A stretch of 60,348 nt of DNA, filler included, from Candidatus Zhuqueibacterota bacterium (GCA_016783505.1; 5 parts of 5 records of this genome joined end to end with filler, not necessarily neighbours in it), one strand, 5' to 3'; counted from the whole stretch's first letter, positions 9,911 through 20,405 are shown. Program-made: numbers and translations. Notes: generated from the letters alone by a model not told the origin.

Positions 9911-11242
9911 ATGTTGAAGGCTGGAGCATCGAAACTTGATATAACACCACAAGTTGGTACAGATTTAGCTGGGTACTTAGATAGAGAAGAGAGCTCCCAA
10001 GGGGTGCATGACGATTTGTATGTAAAGGCGCTAGTGCTGGATGATGGAAAGCAAAAAGTGGCTATCGTCACTTGTGATTTGCTGGCTATCTGTAGAAGTT
10101 CAGTCAATGTAGTTCGCAAAGCGATTGAGGAGGTAATTGGGATAAATGGAGATAATGTAATGATTACTGCCACGCATACGCATTCTGGACCGGCAACTAT
10201 CTCCTCCTTAGGCCTTGGCGAAGTTAACCGAGCTTGGCTAAATGTCCTGCATAAGAAGATGATTGACGTCGTCTATGATGCCACTAAAAATATGCAACAA
10301 GTTACTATAGGCGCGGGAAAGGGAAAGGCTGAGATTGGGGTCAATAGGGAAGGTAAGATTCCAAGCGGTAGCTTAATCCTGGTTCCGAATCCGAGGGGGC
10401 CGATCGATCCAGAAGTTGGTGTTGTCCGGATAAATGATAGAAATGAGAATATCTTTGCGTTACTGATAAACTTTGGCTGTCATGCAGTGGTTTTAGAATC
10501 TGATAATCTATTGATTTCGGCAGACTTTCCAGGCTACGCTACAGAAATGGTAGAGAAAGCTAAAAATAATGGTGTGATAGCATTATTTACTAATGGAGGG
10601 GCTGGGAACGTAAATCCTAAAAGACGAGGAACTTTTGAAGAGATCGCTAAACTGGGCACCACTTTGGGTTCAGAGGCGCTAAAAGTTGCAGAACAGATCG
10701 AAACTACACACGACGGTAATCTTGACGTATATAAGGAACTGATAAAGCTGCCCTTGAAAGTACCAACTTCAAAAGATATTGAAGAGACAATTAAAGACTA
10801 CGAGGGGAAAGTAAAGGAATCGGTAGAAGGTAAAGCATCCAATCTAGATATAAAAATTGCCAAAACTCTTTTGAAATGGGCAAAACGAACACAAGCGGTT
10901 ATGAAGCAGAAAAGGATGCAGAAAAATATATATATAGAAGTCCAAGTATTTATCATAAATAATATTGCGTTGATTGGTATCCCAGGTGAGCCATTTGCCG
11001 AGTTTGTATTGGAGATTAAGAACAAATCGAAGTTTGAATATACATTTGTAGCTGGTTATGCCAATGGATATTATGGATATATTCCTCATAAAAACGCGTA
11101 TAGAAGAGGAGGGTATGGAGTAACGGATGCCTTCAAATACTTCGGATTTCCTGGAGCTTTAGCGCCAGAATCAACAGTGCACCTGAGTAATAGCATACTG
11201 GAATTGCTGCACGGTAGTGTTCCTTCTGACCGTTCTTTTTAA
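9911..11242 (+). CDS. Neutral/alkaline ceramidase-like amidohydrolase
   Basis: DITP, HDDLYVKAL, ATHTHSGP, NFGCHA, ISADFPG, PGEPF. Confidence 0.85.
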   Translation: MLKAGASKLDITPQVGTDLAGYLDREESSQGVHDDLYVKALVLDDGKQKVAIVTCDLLAICRSSVNVVRKAIEEVIGINGDNVMITATHTHSGPATISSLGLGEVNRAWLNVLHKKMIDVVYDATKNMQQVTIGAGKGKAEIGVNREGKIPSGSLILVPNPRGPIDPEVGVVRINDRNENIFALLINFGCHAVVLESDNLLISADFPGYATEMVEKAKNNGVIALFTNGGAGNVNPKRRGTFEEIAKLGTTLGSEALKVAEQIETTHDGNLDVYKELIKLPLKVPTSKDIEETIKDYEGKVKESVEGKASNLDIKIAKTLLKWAKRTQAVMKQKRMQKNIYIEVQVFIINNIALIGIPGEPFAEFVLEIKNKSKFEYTFVAGYANGYYGYIPHKNAYRRGGYGVTDAFKYFGFPGALAPESTVHLSNSILELLHGSVPSDRSF

Positions 11243-11394
11243 CTAAACCATTGAAAAACCGATTTATTGTATTGTCTTGAGCGATTTGCAATCGGTGTAA
11301 TTAATGATATAATCGTAAGTTATAGATTGTGGAATTTGACCCCTTGTATATTCTGTTTTTAGTTGTAAGTTAGGGGGTCGAAGTGTAGGAGTGT

Positions 11395-12756
11395 TTGGAA
11401 ACGGCTCAACTTACCCGTAAACTCAATCTCAGCCATACCCTAGCCATCATCGTGGGGACGGTGATCGGGTCCGGGGTATTTATAAACGTTCCCGTGGTGG
11501 CTAAGGTGACCGGAAGTCCCCTGCTGGCAGCCATAGCCTGGCTGGTGGGGGGGCTGATCTGGATCCCCCAGGTGCTGGTTATGGCTGAGATGGCCACCGC
11601 CTACCCGGAGGAGGGATTTGGTTACCTCTACCTGAAAAAGGCGGGCAGCAAGTTCCTGGCCTTTCTCTACGTATGGACGGTGTTCTGGACCAGCGATACG
11701 CCGTCCATATCCATCCTGGCGGCCGCCGCCGCTTCGGCTTTAGCCGTCTTTTACCCCCCATTGGACGGTACCCTGATCGGAAAAGGATTTGCCGTCCTCA
11801 TCATCGTGGTGCTCACCGCCGTCCACTACCGGGATGTGAAGATGGGGGGTAACCTCCAGATTGTCCTTACTGTCATTAAGGTCTCCCCGTTGATTCTGTT
11901 GGTATTTCTCGGTTTTGCCCATTACGGTTCCGGTCAACTATTCTTACACCCCACTGGTGAGGCGGCCCAGCGAGGCATATTAACCCTGCTGTTGGGGGGG
12001 ATGGCGGCCACGGTGTGGTCCTACTCCGGGTTTCCCAATGTCCTCTACATGGCCGGAGAGATCAAGAATCCCCACCGCAACCTGCCAAAGGCCTTAATCG
12101 GTTCTACCATCGGGGTCATGGTGGTCTACGTGCTGGTAGCTCTGGGAACCTCGGCCATCGTCCCCCATGGGGAAGTAGTGGCCTCCACGGGGTCCTTTGC
12201 CAATCCTTTTCGCTACCTACCATTATTCGCCAGCATCGCCGCCGGGTTCTTAGCCGTCAGTGCCTTTATATCCATGGTCGGGTGCAACTCGGCCTGTATT
12301 ATGGTCCAGCCCCGGATCGAATACGCCATCGCCCGGGATGGGCTGTTCCCCAAGTTCTTCGGCCACGTGCACCCACGATTTGCCACCCCGGATTTCTCAA
12401 TTCTCATTCAATCGGGTCTGGCGGTGGTTTTGGTCTTTCTCACCAGCATCGAAAATCTGCTGGGTTATTTTACCCTCTCTTACCTGATTCAGAACGCCAT
12501 CGTTTACCTTGCTATTTTCATCTTGAGAAAAAAGTCCGACTACAGGCCGACTTTCAAAGCCCCACTTTGGTGGCTGATGGCGGGTTTTTCCATCGCCGTT
12601 ACCATGGGCCTAGCTTATGGGACTTTTATTGCCTATCCTGCCGGCGGGGCGATCACCGCTGCGGCTCTCATCGCTACCGGATTCCCGGTGTATTTCTTTT
12701 TCCGCAACCGGCCCAACCCCTATGCTGAAGGGCCCCAATTCGACCTTTCCCCTTGA
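11395..12756 (+). CDS. APC-family amino acid/amine permease (FrlA/LAT-like)
   Basis: GTVIGSGVF, WSYSG, GEIKNPHRNLPKA; about 12 TM segments; TTG start after AGGAG. Confidence 0.88.
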   Translation: METAQLTRKLNLSHTLAIIVGTVIGSGVFINVPVVAKVTGSPLLAAIAWLVGGLIWIPQVLVMAEMATAYPEEGFGYLYLKKAGSKFLAFLYVWTVFWTSDTPSISILAAAAASALAVFYPPLDGTLIGKGFAVLIIVVLTAVHYRDVKMGGNLQIVLTVIKVSPLILLVFLGFAHYGSGQLFLHPTGEAAQRGILTLLLGGMAATVWSYSGFPNVLYMAGEIKNPHRNLPKALIGSTIGVMVVYVLVALGTSAIVPHGEVVASTGSFANPFRYLPLFASIAAGFLAVSAFISMVGCNSACIMVQPRIEYAIARDGLFPKFFGHVHPRFATPDFSILIQSGLAVVLVFLTSIENLLGYFTLSYLIQNAIVYLAIFILRKKSDYRPTFKAPLWWLMAGFSIAVTMGLAYGTFIAYPAGGAITAAALIATGFPVYFFFRNRPNPYAEGPQFDLSP

Positions 12757-12837
12757 TAAAGAAAAAAATAATTTGTATATTAGCGAAAGAATGCAGCTTT
12801 TATGCTGTCATTGTAAAGGAGTGAAGTATCCATCCCT

Positions 12838-12978
12838 TGTCATTCTGAGTGTAATCCCGATTTACCTGCCTGGCGCCCGCCTGCCGGACGGGCAGGGCAG
12901 ACAGGTCGGGATGGAATGAAGAATCTCTATATTCGGTAATGAGAGAAAAAGAGATTCTTCACTGCGTTCAGAAAGACA
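12838..12978. repeat. REPIN-like inverted pair with three further palindromes nested in the left arm
   Basis: tgtcattctga...tgaagaatctc (12838-12927) versus gagattcttcactgcgttcagaaagaca (12951-12978); inserts occupy 12855-12916. Confidence 0.8.
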
Positions 12979-13014
12979 ATATTATGGAGTGTCATTCTAA
13001 ACCCTACTGTTCCA

Positions 13015-13047
13015 GGCGGATGTTGCCCTAAGGGCGGGTCATCCGCC
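13015..13047. repeat. GGCGGATG...CATCCGCC palindromic repeat family
   Basis: The reverse complement matches 23520-23552 and 48283-48339 (the latter with an insert). Confidence 0.75.
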
Positions 13048-13103
13048 GGAATCTGAGCTGATAAAGCTGCTATCAAACAAAACAATAAAAGAGGGAATTA
13101 CTT

Positions 13104-13796
13104 ATGGGTTCGGCTAAAGATATTGCCGGATACATTGACCATACTTTTTTGAAACCCGAAGCGACCGAGGAGGACATCAGGAGGCTGTGCCAGGAGGCCC
13201 TGCAGGCCCATTTTGCCACCGTCTGCGTCAATCCTACATATGTTAAGCTGGCCGCAGGGTTGCTTAAGGGCTCACCGGTAAAGGTGTGTTCCGTGGCCGG
13301 CTTTCCTCTGGGGGGAAACCTTCCTGAGATCAAAGCCCTGGAGGCCCGCCGGGCCATTGGGGATGGGGCAGGGGAGATTGACATGGTGATCAATGTGGGG
13401 GCGCTGAAGAGCGGTGACTACGGGCGGGTGCTCCGGGACATCTCCGCCGTGGTGGAGATCTGTCACGCTGGCAAGGCCCTGTGTAAGGTTATCATCGAGA
13501 CGGCCCTGCTCACTGATGATGAGAAGGCCAAGGCTTGCCGGCTAGTAAGGGAGGCCGGGGCTGATTTTGTGAAAACCTCCACCGGCTTTGGTCCGGGTGG
13601 GGCTACGGTTTCCGATGTGGCCTTGATGTGCGAAGCGGTCAAGGATACCTCCATGGGGGTTAAGGCTGCGGGGGGCATCAGGTTTTATGCGGATGCTAAA
13701 AAGATGATCGAAGCAGGGGCCACCAGAATCGGCACCAGCGCCGGTATGAATATAGTGGAGGAAGCAAGGCAACTCTCTGAAAGTGTTGGGTGTTGA
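13104..13796 (+). CDS. deoC: Deoxyribose-phosphate aldolase
   Basis: [41 protein letters not shown]. Confidence 0.95.
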   Translation: MGSAKDIAGYIDHTFLKPEATEEDIRRLCQEALQAHFATVCVNPTYVKLAAGLLKGSPVKVCSVAGFPLGGNLPEIKALEARRAIGDGAGEIDMVINVGALKSGDYGRVLRDISAVVEICHAGKALCKVIIETALLTDDEKAKACRLVREAGADFVKTSTGFGPGGATVSDVALMCEAVKDTSMGVKAAGGIRFYADAKKMIEAGATRIGTSAGMNIVEEARQLSESVGC

Positions 13797-13931
13797 TTGT
13801 GCGACTGTTTGGCTGAATGTTATCCATTTTTTCCAGTTAATCCGTTGGAGTTAATCCGTAAGGATTTTACCTGCCAGACAGCAGGCGGGTAAAAGGCTGA
13901 TTCCTTAACTCCTTAATATTCAGTATATTCA

Positions 13932-14009
13932 GTAGTATGGGTGAAGGAACGAAACCCATCCTTTCGACAGTAAAGATGGTGGGTTTCGCTACCGCTGTAC
14001 CCACCCTAC
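13932..14009. repeat. GTAG-type REPIN
   Basis: gtagtatgggtgaaggaacgaaacccatc ... gatggtgggtttcgctaccgctgtacccaccctac. Confidence 0.7.
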
Positions 14010-14044
14010 TGATGAGTGTTTTAGGGAAAGGAGGTCTTCCAAAA

Positions 14045-14833
14045 ATGGATTGGGGAATGAAGAATAGGCTATCACGAATTATCAAACCGGATACGGGCCG
14101 CACCGTTATGTTAGCAGTTGATCACGGATATTTTCTGGGCCCCACCAGCGGGCTGGAGAACCCCCGTAAAACCATTGCGCCGCTTCTCCCGCATACGGAT
14201 GCACTGATGCTCACCCGTGGGGTCTTGCGCACATCCGTTGATCCTAATAACGATATACCCGTGGTTCTTAGGGTTTCGGGTGGTACCAGTATTCTGAAGG
14301 AAAACCTGGATAATGAAGGAATTACAGTTTCCATGAAAGATGCCATTCGACTCAACGTGGCCGCGGTGGCTCTTTCCATTTTTGTGGGCTCCGATCACGA
14401 AAAGGAGACCCTTCTGAACCTTGCTAATCTGGTGAACGAGGGGGAGGAATATGGAATTCCTGTCCTGGCGGTTACCGCTGTTGGTAAAAAAATGGCGCGG
14501 GATGTCCGCTACCTCAGCCTCTGCTGTCGGATTGCCGCTGAACTGGGGGCTCATTTCGTCAAAACCTACTACTGTGATGAATTTGAAAAGGTGGTGGAGA
14601 GTTGTCCCATACCGGTGGTTATTGCTGGTGGAAAAAAGCTCCCGGAACGTGAGGCTCTCAAGCTCGCCTTTGATGCCATTCAAAAGGGAGCGGTTGGTGT
14701 GGATATGGGCAGGAACATCTTCCAATCAGACCATCCGGTGGCCATGATCCAGGCGGTACGGGCGGTGGTCCATGAGAACGCTTCCGTAGATCAGGCTTAC
14801 GACCTGTTCGAAAGTGTTAAGAGCAGTAAGTAG
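14045..14833 (+). CDS. lsrF: LsrF-family class I aldolase/thiolase
   Basis: MDWGMKNRL, AVDHGYFLGPT, VKTYYC, AGGKK, GVDMGRNIFQ. Start reassigned to 14045 after AAAGGAGG. Confidence 0.9.
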   Translation: MDWGMKNRLSRIIKPDTGRTVMLAVDHGYFLGPTSGLENPRKTIAPLLPHTDALMLTRGVLRTSVDPNNDIPVVLRVSGGTSILKENLDNEGITVSMKDAIRLNVAAVALSIFVGSDHEKETLLNLANLVNEGEEYGIPVLAVTAVGKKMARDVRYLSLCCRIAAELGAHFVKTYYCDEFEKVVESCPIPVVIAGGKKLPEREALKLAFDAIQKGAVGVDMGRNIFQSDHPVAMIQAVRAVVHENASVDQAYDLFESVKSSK

Positions 14834-15084
14834 AATAATGGAAGCTGGAATATCGGTCAGGCACCAGACTGATCGGTTGCATCTATTCTTTTATTTTTGG
14901 TACCCAAGATTAAAATCGTGGGTTTCTTGATGAGTATCTTGCCGATTTGAAAGATCGTTGAGATTGGAAGACTGTACCAAGACCTGTAAGGGAAGGGTGG
15001 AAGATAGGCTCCCAGCCTGTAGGTAAGGTTGAACCCTAGGTTCCATCCATTTCTCCATTCATCCATTATTAAGGGGAGAGAGCG

Positions 15085-16110
15085 GTGCGGGTGGCGATGT
15101 ATTATAATAACCGGGATGTACGGTTAGAAGACATGCCAAAGCCACAAATCGTTCCTGGGGAGCTGCTGGTGCGGGTGATGGCCAGTGGCATCTGCGGCAG
15201 CGATGTGATGGAATGGTATCGGATCAAGCACGCCCCCCTGGTGCTGGGACACGAGATGGCTGGGGAGATTGTGGAAATGGGAAAGGGGGTAGAGCGGTTC
15301 AAGGAGGGTGATCGAGTCTTCGTATCCCATCATGTCCCGTGCAATACCTGCCCACATTGCCTGAATGGAAATTACTCGGTATGCGATACCCTACGTTCGA
15401 CGAATTTTGATCCCGGTGGCTTTTCCGAGTACATTAGGGTCCCCCCAATCAACGTGGACAGGGGTACCTTTCTTTTACCCGACGGGATGTCTTTTGAAGA
15501 GGGGTCCTTCATCGAACCGCTGGCCTGCGTCCTGCGCGGGCAGAGGCTGGCACGAATAGAGCCCGGTCAATCCGTGCTTGTCTTGGGCAGCGGGATTTCA
15601 GGGCTGCTTCACCTACAACTGGCCCGGGCCCTGGGAGCCGGCCGGGTGGTGGCCACGGACATTAGCCACTACCGGCTGAAGGCTGCCCAGCAGTTCGGGG
15701 CTGATGCTGCCATCCACGGCGAGGAGGACGTCCCCAACAGACTTAAAGAGATCAACGACGGCAGATTGGCCGACCTGGTGATAACCTGCACCGCAGCCAT
15801 TCCAGCCATCGCCCAGGCATTTCAATCAGTGGAAAGGGGGGGGACTATTCTCCTCTTCGCCCCTACAGAGCCTGGGGTAACCATCCCTTATCCATTTTAC
15901 GACCTCTGGCACGATGGAATTACCATAACCCATTCCTATGCCGGCAGCCCCAGGGACATTTTTGATGCAATTGAATTGATCAAGGCCGGTAGGGTAAGGG
16001 TGGGTGAGATGATCACCCATAGGTTAAGTCTTGCCGAGACGGGCCTGGGTTTCCAGCTTGTCGCTAACGCCCAGGACTCCATCAAGGTGATCATCGAGCC
16101 GTACAGATAA
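15085..16110 (+). CDS. Zinc-dependent alcohol/polyol dehydrogenase (L-iditol 2-DH-like)
   Basis: GICGSD, GHE, CNTCPHC...C structural zinc site, GSGISG. Confidence 0.9.
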   Translation: MRVAMYYNNRDVRLEDMPKPQIVPGELLVRVMASGICGSDVMEWYRIKHAPLVLGHEMAGEIVEMGKGVERFKEGDRVFVSHHVPCNTCPHCLNGNYSVCDTLRSTNFDPGGFSEYIRVPPINVDRGTFLLPDGMSFEEGSFIEPLACVLRGQRLARIEPGQSVLVLGSGISGLLHLQLARALGAGRVVATDISHYRLKAAQQFGADAAIHGEEDVPNRLKEINDGRLADLVITCTAAIPAIAQAFQSVERGGTILLFAPTEPGVTIPYPFYDLWHDGITITHSYAGSPRDIFDAIELIKAGRVRVGEMITHRLSLAETGLGFQLVANAQDSIKVIIEPYR

Positions 16111-16218
16111 TAAGGGACGATGGGGGTCTTCAGTGTATCCGATTTGGGAAGAGCCGCCCAAATCTTTCCGGATTAAGAAACGGTTGACAAAGACTATTCT
16201 GCCATATAGACACAAAAG

Positions 16219-16254
16219 AAAAGCCAGCCTATTAATTAAGGCCGGCTTTTTTTT
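16219..16254 (+). terminator. Intrinsic terminator
   Basis: aaaagccagcct-attaatta-aggccggctttt followed by a T-run. Confidence 0.7.
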
Positions 16255-16347
16255 AGGGTGAGTTATGACTTTATGGTCAGCGGTGATAGCAAAAACCCTT
16301 AATCTACAAAGCCAAGATGCCCCTGACGATTCAGGAAGGATTGGTAG

Positions 16348-16447
16348 NNNNNNNNNNNNNNNNNNNNNNNNNNNNNNNNNNNNNNNNNNNNTTAATTAAT
16401 TAANNNNNNNNNNNNNNNNNNNNNNNNNNNNNNNNNNNNNNNNNNNN
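16348..16447. other. Assembly gap with artificial linker
   Basis: N-run with TTAATTAATTAA. Confidence 0.97.
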
Positions 16448-17620
16448 GTCTGGATGGCCCTCGACTATCGTTCCGCCCGGGATTTCGGGGGGCCGAACGT
16501 GGTGCAGAATCTGCTCAGGGAATATGAGAAGGATCGGGTGGTTGATCCAGAACTAACATTTTTCACCTTTGACACCAACGCCCCAGCCAATACCATCGCC
16601 TACGCTGATAATCAGATGGTCTGCCGCAATTTCGCCCTACAGGAGGGCATCAGGGTGTTCGACGTAGATGCGGGAATCGGCACCCACGTGGCCTTAGAAC
16701 AGGGGCTGGTGGTGCCCGGGGATACGGCGGTGGGGACGGACTCCCACTTCAACATCATGGGGGCCATAGGAGCTTTCGGCCAGGGAATGGGGGATCAGGA
16801 CGTGGCCTTCGCCTTCCGAACGGGGAAGACCTGGTTTGAGGTACCGGGAACGATCAAAATTTCAGTTAAAGGCAGACTACCGGAGAACTGCACCTCCCGG
16901 GATCTTACCCTGAAAATTGTGGGCCTCCTGGGTTCCAAAGGGGCTTTGGGCAAAGCGGTAGAAATTTACGGGGAAGCTATTGACGATCTATCCTTGGCCG
17001 GGCGGATTACCTTAGCCTCCATGGCCACCGAGACGGGGGCCATCTCCTACTTTTTGGTGCCCAATCAGGAAGTCGTAAATTTTTGCCAGAACCGGTCCGG
17101 TCGCAATGATTTTCCCATCATCGAGGCCGATCCGGATGCGGTCTATGAAAAAGAGATTGAGATTGACGTTATGGACCTGAAGCCCCAGATCGCCTGCCCC
17201 CCCCGACCGGATAACGTGGTGGATGGAGACAGGGTGTCCGGGAAAAAGGTGGACTCTGTCTTTTTGGGTTCCTGCACCAACGGGCGTTTTGAAGACATGA
17301 AAGCGGCGGCGGATATTCTGCAGGGTCAAAAGGTGGCCCCCGGGGTGATGATGCGGATAGTGCCGGCCACTAAAGAGGTTTACGGCCAGATGCTAAAGGA
17401 GGGGCTCTTGCAAATTTTTTATGAGGCCGGGGCCATCGTGTCCAATCCCGGGTGTGGGGGGTGCGCTGCCGGGCAGATCGGGATGACGGGGAAGGGAGAG
17501 GTGCAGGTCTCCACCTCCAACCGTAACTTTCCCGGCAAGCAGGGGGCGGGCGAGACCTATTTAGCCAGTCCGGTTACGGCGGTATGGTCTGCGGTAAGGG
17601 GGACCATTGCGGTTAGGTAA
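16448..17620 (+). CDS. 3-isopropylmalate dehydratase/homoaconitase-type large subunit (5' truncated)
   Basis: GTDSH, FLGSCTNGR, PGCGGC, STSNRNFPGK. Confidence 0.9.
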   Translation, partial: VWMALDYRSARDFGGPNVVQNLLREYEKDRVVDPELTFFTFDTNAPANTIAYADNQMVCRNFALQEGIRVFDVDAGIGTHVALEQGLVVPGDTAVGTDSHFNIMGAIGAFGQGMGDQDVAFAFRTGKTWFEVPGTIKISVKGRLPENCTSRDLTLKIVGLLGSKGALGKAVEIYGEAIDDLSLAGRITLASMATETGAISYFLVPNQEVVNFCQNRSGRNDFPIIEADPDAVYEKEIEIDVMDLKPQIACPPRPDNVVDGDRVSGKKVDSVFLGSCTNGRFEDMKAAADILQGQKVAPGVMMRIVPATKEVYGQMLKEGLLQIFYEAGAIVSNPGCGGCAAGQIGMTGKGEVQVSTSNRNFPGKQGAGETYLASPVTAVWSAVRGTIAVR

Positions 17621-17745
17621 TTTTTTTATACTTTGTTGTATTATATCATGAAATATAAAATATGATCATTGAAAAAAGATGATGGGCAGTCAATAGGTAA
17701 TCGTAGATGTATTTTTAGTAAATAGACTAAAAGGAATGTCGGCTT

Positions 17746-18255
17746 ATGAAACCTACCAAAATCGGCGGTCGCGTGTGGGTTATCCCCGAACATGACATTG
17801 ACACTGATATGATCTTTCACAATCGTCATCTGGCGATCACCGACCTCAAGCAGATGGGACAGTTCACCTTTGGGAACCTGAAGGGCTGGGAGGATTTTCC
17901 CAAGCGCGCCCGAAAGGGCGACATCGTAGTGGTGGGGGATAACTTCGGCTCCGGATCGTCCCGCCAGCAGGCGGTGGACTGTTTCCGGTCGTTGGGTATC
18001 TCCTTTATCATCTGTCAATCCGTTGGGGCGATCTATAAACGGAACGCCATCAATTCGGGGTTTCCTCTGCTGATCTGTCCCGGTATCTTAGATTCAGGGA
18101 TCGAAAGCGGGCATGAATTAGAAGTGAACATGGTAAATGGCGAAATCAAAAATCTAACCAAAGACCGGATGATAAAGGCCCAGCCTTTCTCCCGGGTGCA
18201 GATGGATATTTATCAGGCTGGGAATTTGTTTGAGTACGGGAAAAAGCTGCAATGA
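17746..18255 (+). CDS. 3-isopropylmalate dehydratase-type small subunit
   Basis: DIDTDMI, NFGSGSSRQQA, IYKRNAINSG. Confidence 0.9.
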   Translation: MKPTKIGGRVWVIPEHDIDTDMIFHNRHLAITDLKQMGQFTFGNLKGWEDFPKRARKGDIVVVGDNFGSGSSRQQAVDCFRSLGISFIICQSVGAIYKRNAINSGFPLLICPGILDSGIESGHELEVNMVNGEIKNLTKDRMIKAQPFSRVQMDIYQAGNLFEYGKKLQ

Positions 18256-19355
18256 AATCCATCTCCCTATATTGCCTTTCTTACATTTTGATTCTAGTTT
18301 TAACAAGTGGGTCTTTTGCAGTCAACGAAGGAACCCCACGGGCTGATTACCTTCTGTTGGGGATAAGGCCCTCTTCGTTAGGGGGTGCTTTTACTGCCCT
18401 CAGCGATGAGGCGGTGGGGGCCTATTATAATCCGGCAGGTTTGGCTTTTAGTCCAAAGTTTTCAGGTGAGTGGTTCTTACTAAGATCACAGAGCCAATGG
18501 TGGAGTTATGGGGTGGATTATCCTTTATATCACGTTAATATTTCTTACCGATCGAATCGTTTGGGAACCCTGGGATTTAACTATGTAAAAATTTCTTACG
18601 GACGAGATATTAGAACTGACGAAACAGGCCAAATCATAAAGGATTCAGATATATATGACAAATCCTATCTGGTTAGTTTCTCAAAGATTTTCTTTTCTAA
18701 TCTTTCTTTTGGTATAAATCTCAAATTTCTACAGGATATTATCTATTTTGAAACCGATGAATTTTATCGGGACACCTATTCTTGGGATATGGGGTTGCTA
18801 ATCCGAAATTTATTTCCAAAACTTACTTTTGAAGGCGGGAATAACTCCTTGATAGATAGGCAACGAGGTTTATTAGTTGCAAATTCGGAAGGATTAAGCT
18901 TAGGGTTTAGTTTGATGAATATGGGTTTGTTCACCAATCATTCGGACCGGGGGATGCGATTCTATTTCCCCCAAATTGTTCGGGTCGGTATGGCCTATCG
19001 TGCAGTCAAGACCCCATCCATTCAATTACTGGTTGCAGGGGATGTGGAATATATAAATCTGGATGACAGATCCTTTATGCTTCAAGGCACTGCCGGTTCG
19101 ACACTTATTGGCGGACATTTTAGTAAAAAAAACCGGTGGATTCCTCATTTTGGCCTGGAGATAAGGTTGCACGGTTTTGTTTTTATGAGGATGGGAAGTT
19201 ATCGCTTTTATGATGATTATGAATATAATTGGGTGAAGTCTTTTGGTCTAGGTTTTGGAAATAATCAATTAAATATGAATTATTGTTGGGAATACTGGCC
19301 CCACTTTCCCCGAGGTCATAGTGCCTTTTCGATTCGGACAAATATTGGAATGTAA
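18252..19355 (+). CDS. PorV/PorQ (UPF0164)-like outer-membrane beta-barrel
   Basis: Signal peptide; LLLGIRPSSLGGAFTALSDEAVGAYYNPAGLAF. Confidence 0.75.
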   Translation: MKSISLYCLSYILILVLTSGSFAVNEGTPRADYLLLGIRPSSLGGAFTALSDEAVGAYYNPAGLAFSPKFSGEWFLLRSQSQWWSYGVDYPLYHVNISYRSNRLGTLGFNYVKISYGRDIRTDETGQIIKDSDIYDKSYLVSFSKIFFSNLSFGINLKFLQDIIYFETDEFYRDTYSWDMGLLIRNLFPKLTFEGGNNSLIDRQRGLLVANSEGLSLGFSLMNMGLFTNHSDRGMRFYFPQIVRVGMAYRAVKTPSIQLLVAGDVEYINLDDRSFMLQGTAGSTLIGGHFSKKNRWIPHFGLEIRLHGFVFMRMGSYRFYDDYEYNWVKSFGLGFGNNQLNMNYCWEYWPHFPRGHSAFSIRTNIGM

Positions 19356-20034
19356 AGAGACCCAAAAGCAGATAGTCAAAAGGATTAATGATATTTTAGA
19401 GGAACGGTTGGGCATCCCTCGCTGGAATGGAAAACATGATCCCCTTGATTCATTGATTAGGACCATCCTTTCCCAAAATACCAACGACCGCAATCGGGAC
19501 AGGGCCTATCAGTTCCTCAAGAAAAAATTTCCCACCTGGGAATCGGTGAGGCGGGCGGGGGTTTCTGAAATTTCAGAAGCCATAAAGGTCGGGGGGCTGG
19601 CGAACCAGAAGGGAAGAAGAATTAAGGGGCTTCTAAATTGGATTAAAGAAAAGCATGGGGATTTCAACCTGGATTTTATGTGCCGAATGCCGACCGAAGA
19701 GGTTTTCAAAACCTTTCTTCCGCTGAAGGGGGTTGGGGTGAAAACACTGGCGGTGGTTCTGATGTTCGCCTGCGGCCGGGACATCTTCCCGGTGGACACC
19801 CATGTCCATCGGGTCTGCCGGAAGCTGGGGCTGGTGCCCAATCCGTCCACGGCGGAGAAGACCTTTTATTCGATGCAGAATTTAATCCCTGAGGGGAAAT
19901 CCTATTCCCTGCACCTAAACATGATCACCTTCGGCCGCACCATCTGCCAGGCCCGAAACCCCCAATGTTACCGCTGCTTTCTTTTCTCCGAATGTGTTTT
20001 TGAAGACAAAGTGGTCTATGCCCAAAGTGCCTAA
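19321..20034 (+). CDS. nth: Endonuclease III family DNA glycosylase
   Basis: ILSQNTND, HhH LKGVGVKT, FPVDTHVHRV, CQARNPQCYRC...C 4Fe-4S motif. Start codon uncertain. Confidence 0.88.
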   Translation: MPFRFGQILECKETQKQIVKRINDILEERLGIPRWNGKHDPLDSLIRTILSQNTNDRNRDRAYQFLKKKFPTWESVRRAGVSEISEAIKVGGLANQKGRRIKGLLNWIKEKHGDFNLDFMCRMPTEEVFKTFLPLKGVGVKTLAVVLMFACGRDIFPVDTHVHRVCRKLGLVPNPSTAEKTFYSMQNLIPEGKSYSLHLNMITFGRTICQARNPQCYRCFLFSECVFEDKVVYAQSA

Positions 20035-20347
20035 AAAACCGAAGCCGAGGATTCCACTGCCCAAGAAGCCTCCCAAGGTTGAACCCTTGAAGAAGGTTTA
20101 TTCACGAAAGAAAAAACATAAAAAAGAGGGCGAAGAGCTTCTTAATGAGGTGAAGGTGCCCGTCTTGTGTGCCAACAAGCCCAAGCCCGGACCCCCGGAG
20201 GGGACGGCTTACACCCTGACTATTTTAGTGGCCGATTCATACATGAAAGAAGCCCTGTCTCATCCCAATCCACAGGAGGCCGCGTGGGCGGTGGTTAAGT
20301 CGCTTAAGGACTGGTGGGAGCAGATAGGGTTATTAAGCAATCCGTAA
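20018..20347 (+). CDS. Hypothetical protein with Lys/Pro-rich N-terminus
   Basis: MPKVPKKPKPRIPLPKKPPK...RKKKHKK; overlaps the nth stop. Confidence 0.5.
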   Translation: MPKVPKKPKPRIPLPKKPPKVEPLKKVYSRKKKHKKEGEELLNEVKVPVLCANKPKPGPPEGTAYTLTILVADSYMKEALSHPNPQEAAWAVVKSLKDWWEQIGLLSNP

Positions 20348-20405
20348 CAGTTTACCACTAAGTTCTATTTCTGAATTCTTTGGCCTTTTTAAAAACCCCC
20401 ATTTG

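Noticed and set aside
12015-12728. 237-aa alternative-frame ORF and the many other short overlapping ORFs in the track
   Set aside because: They overlap well-supported genes in GC-rich DNA and have no recognisable motifs or RBS.
13937-14044. N-terminal extension of LsrF in the ORF track
   Set aside because: It translates a REPIN; the RBS and family start (MDWGMKNR) are at 14045.
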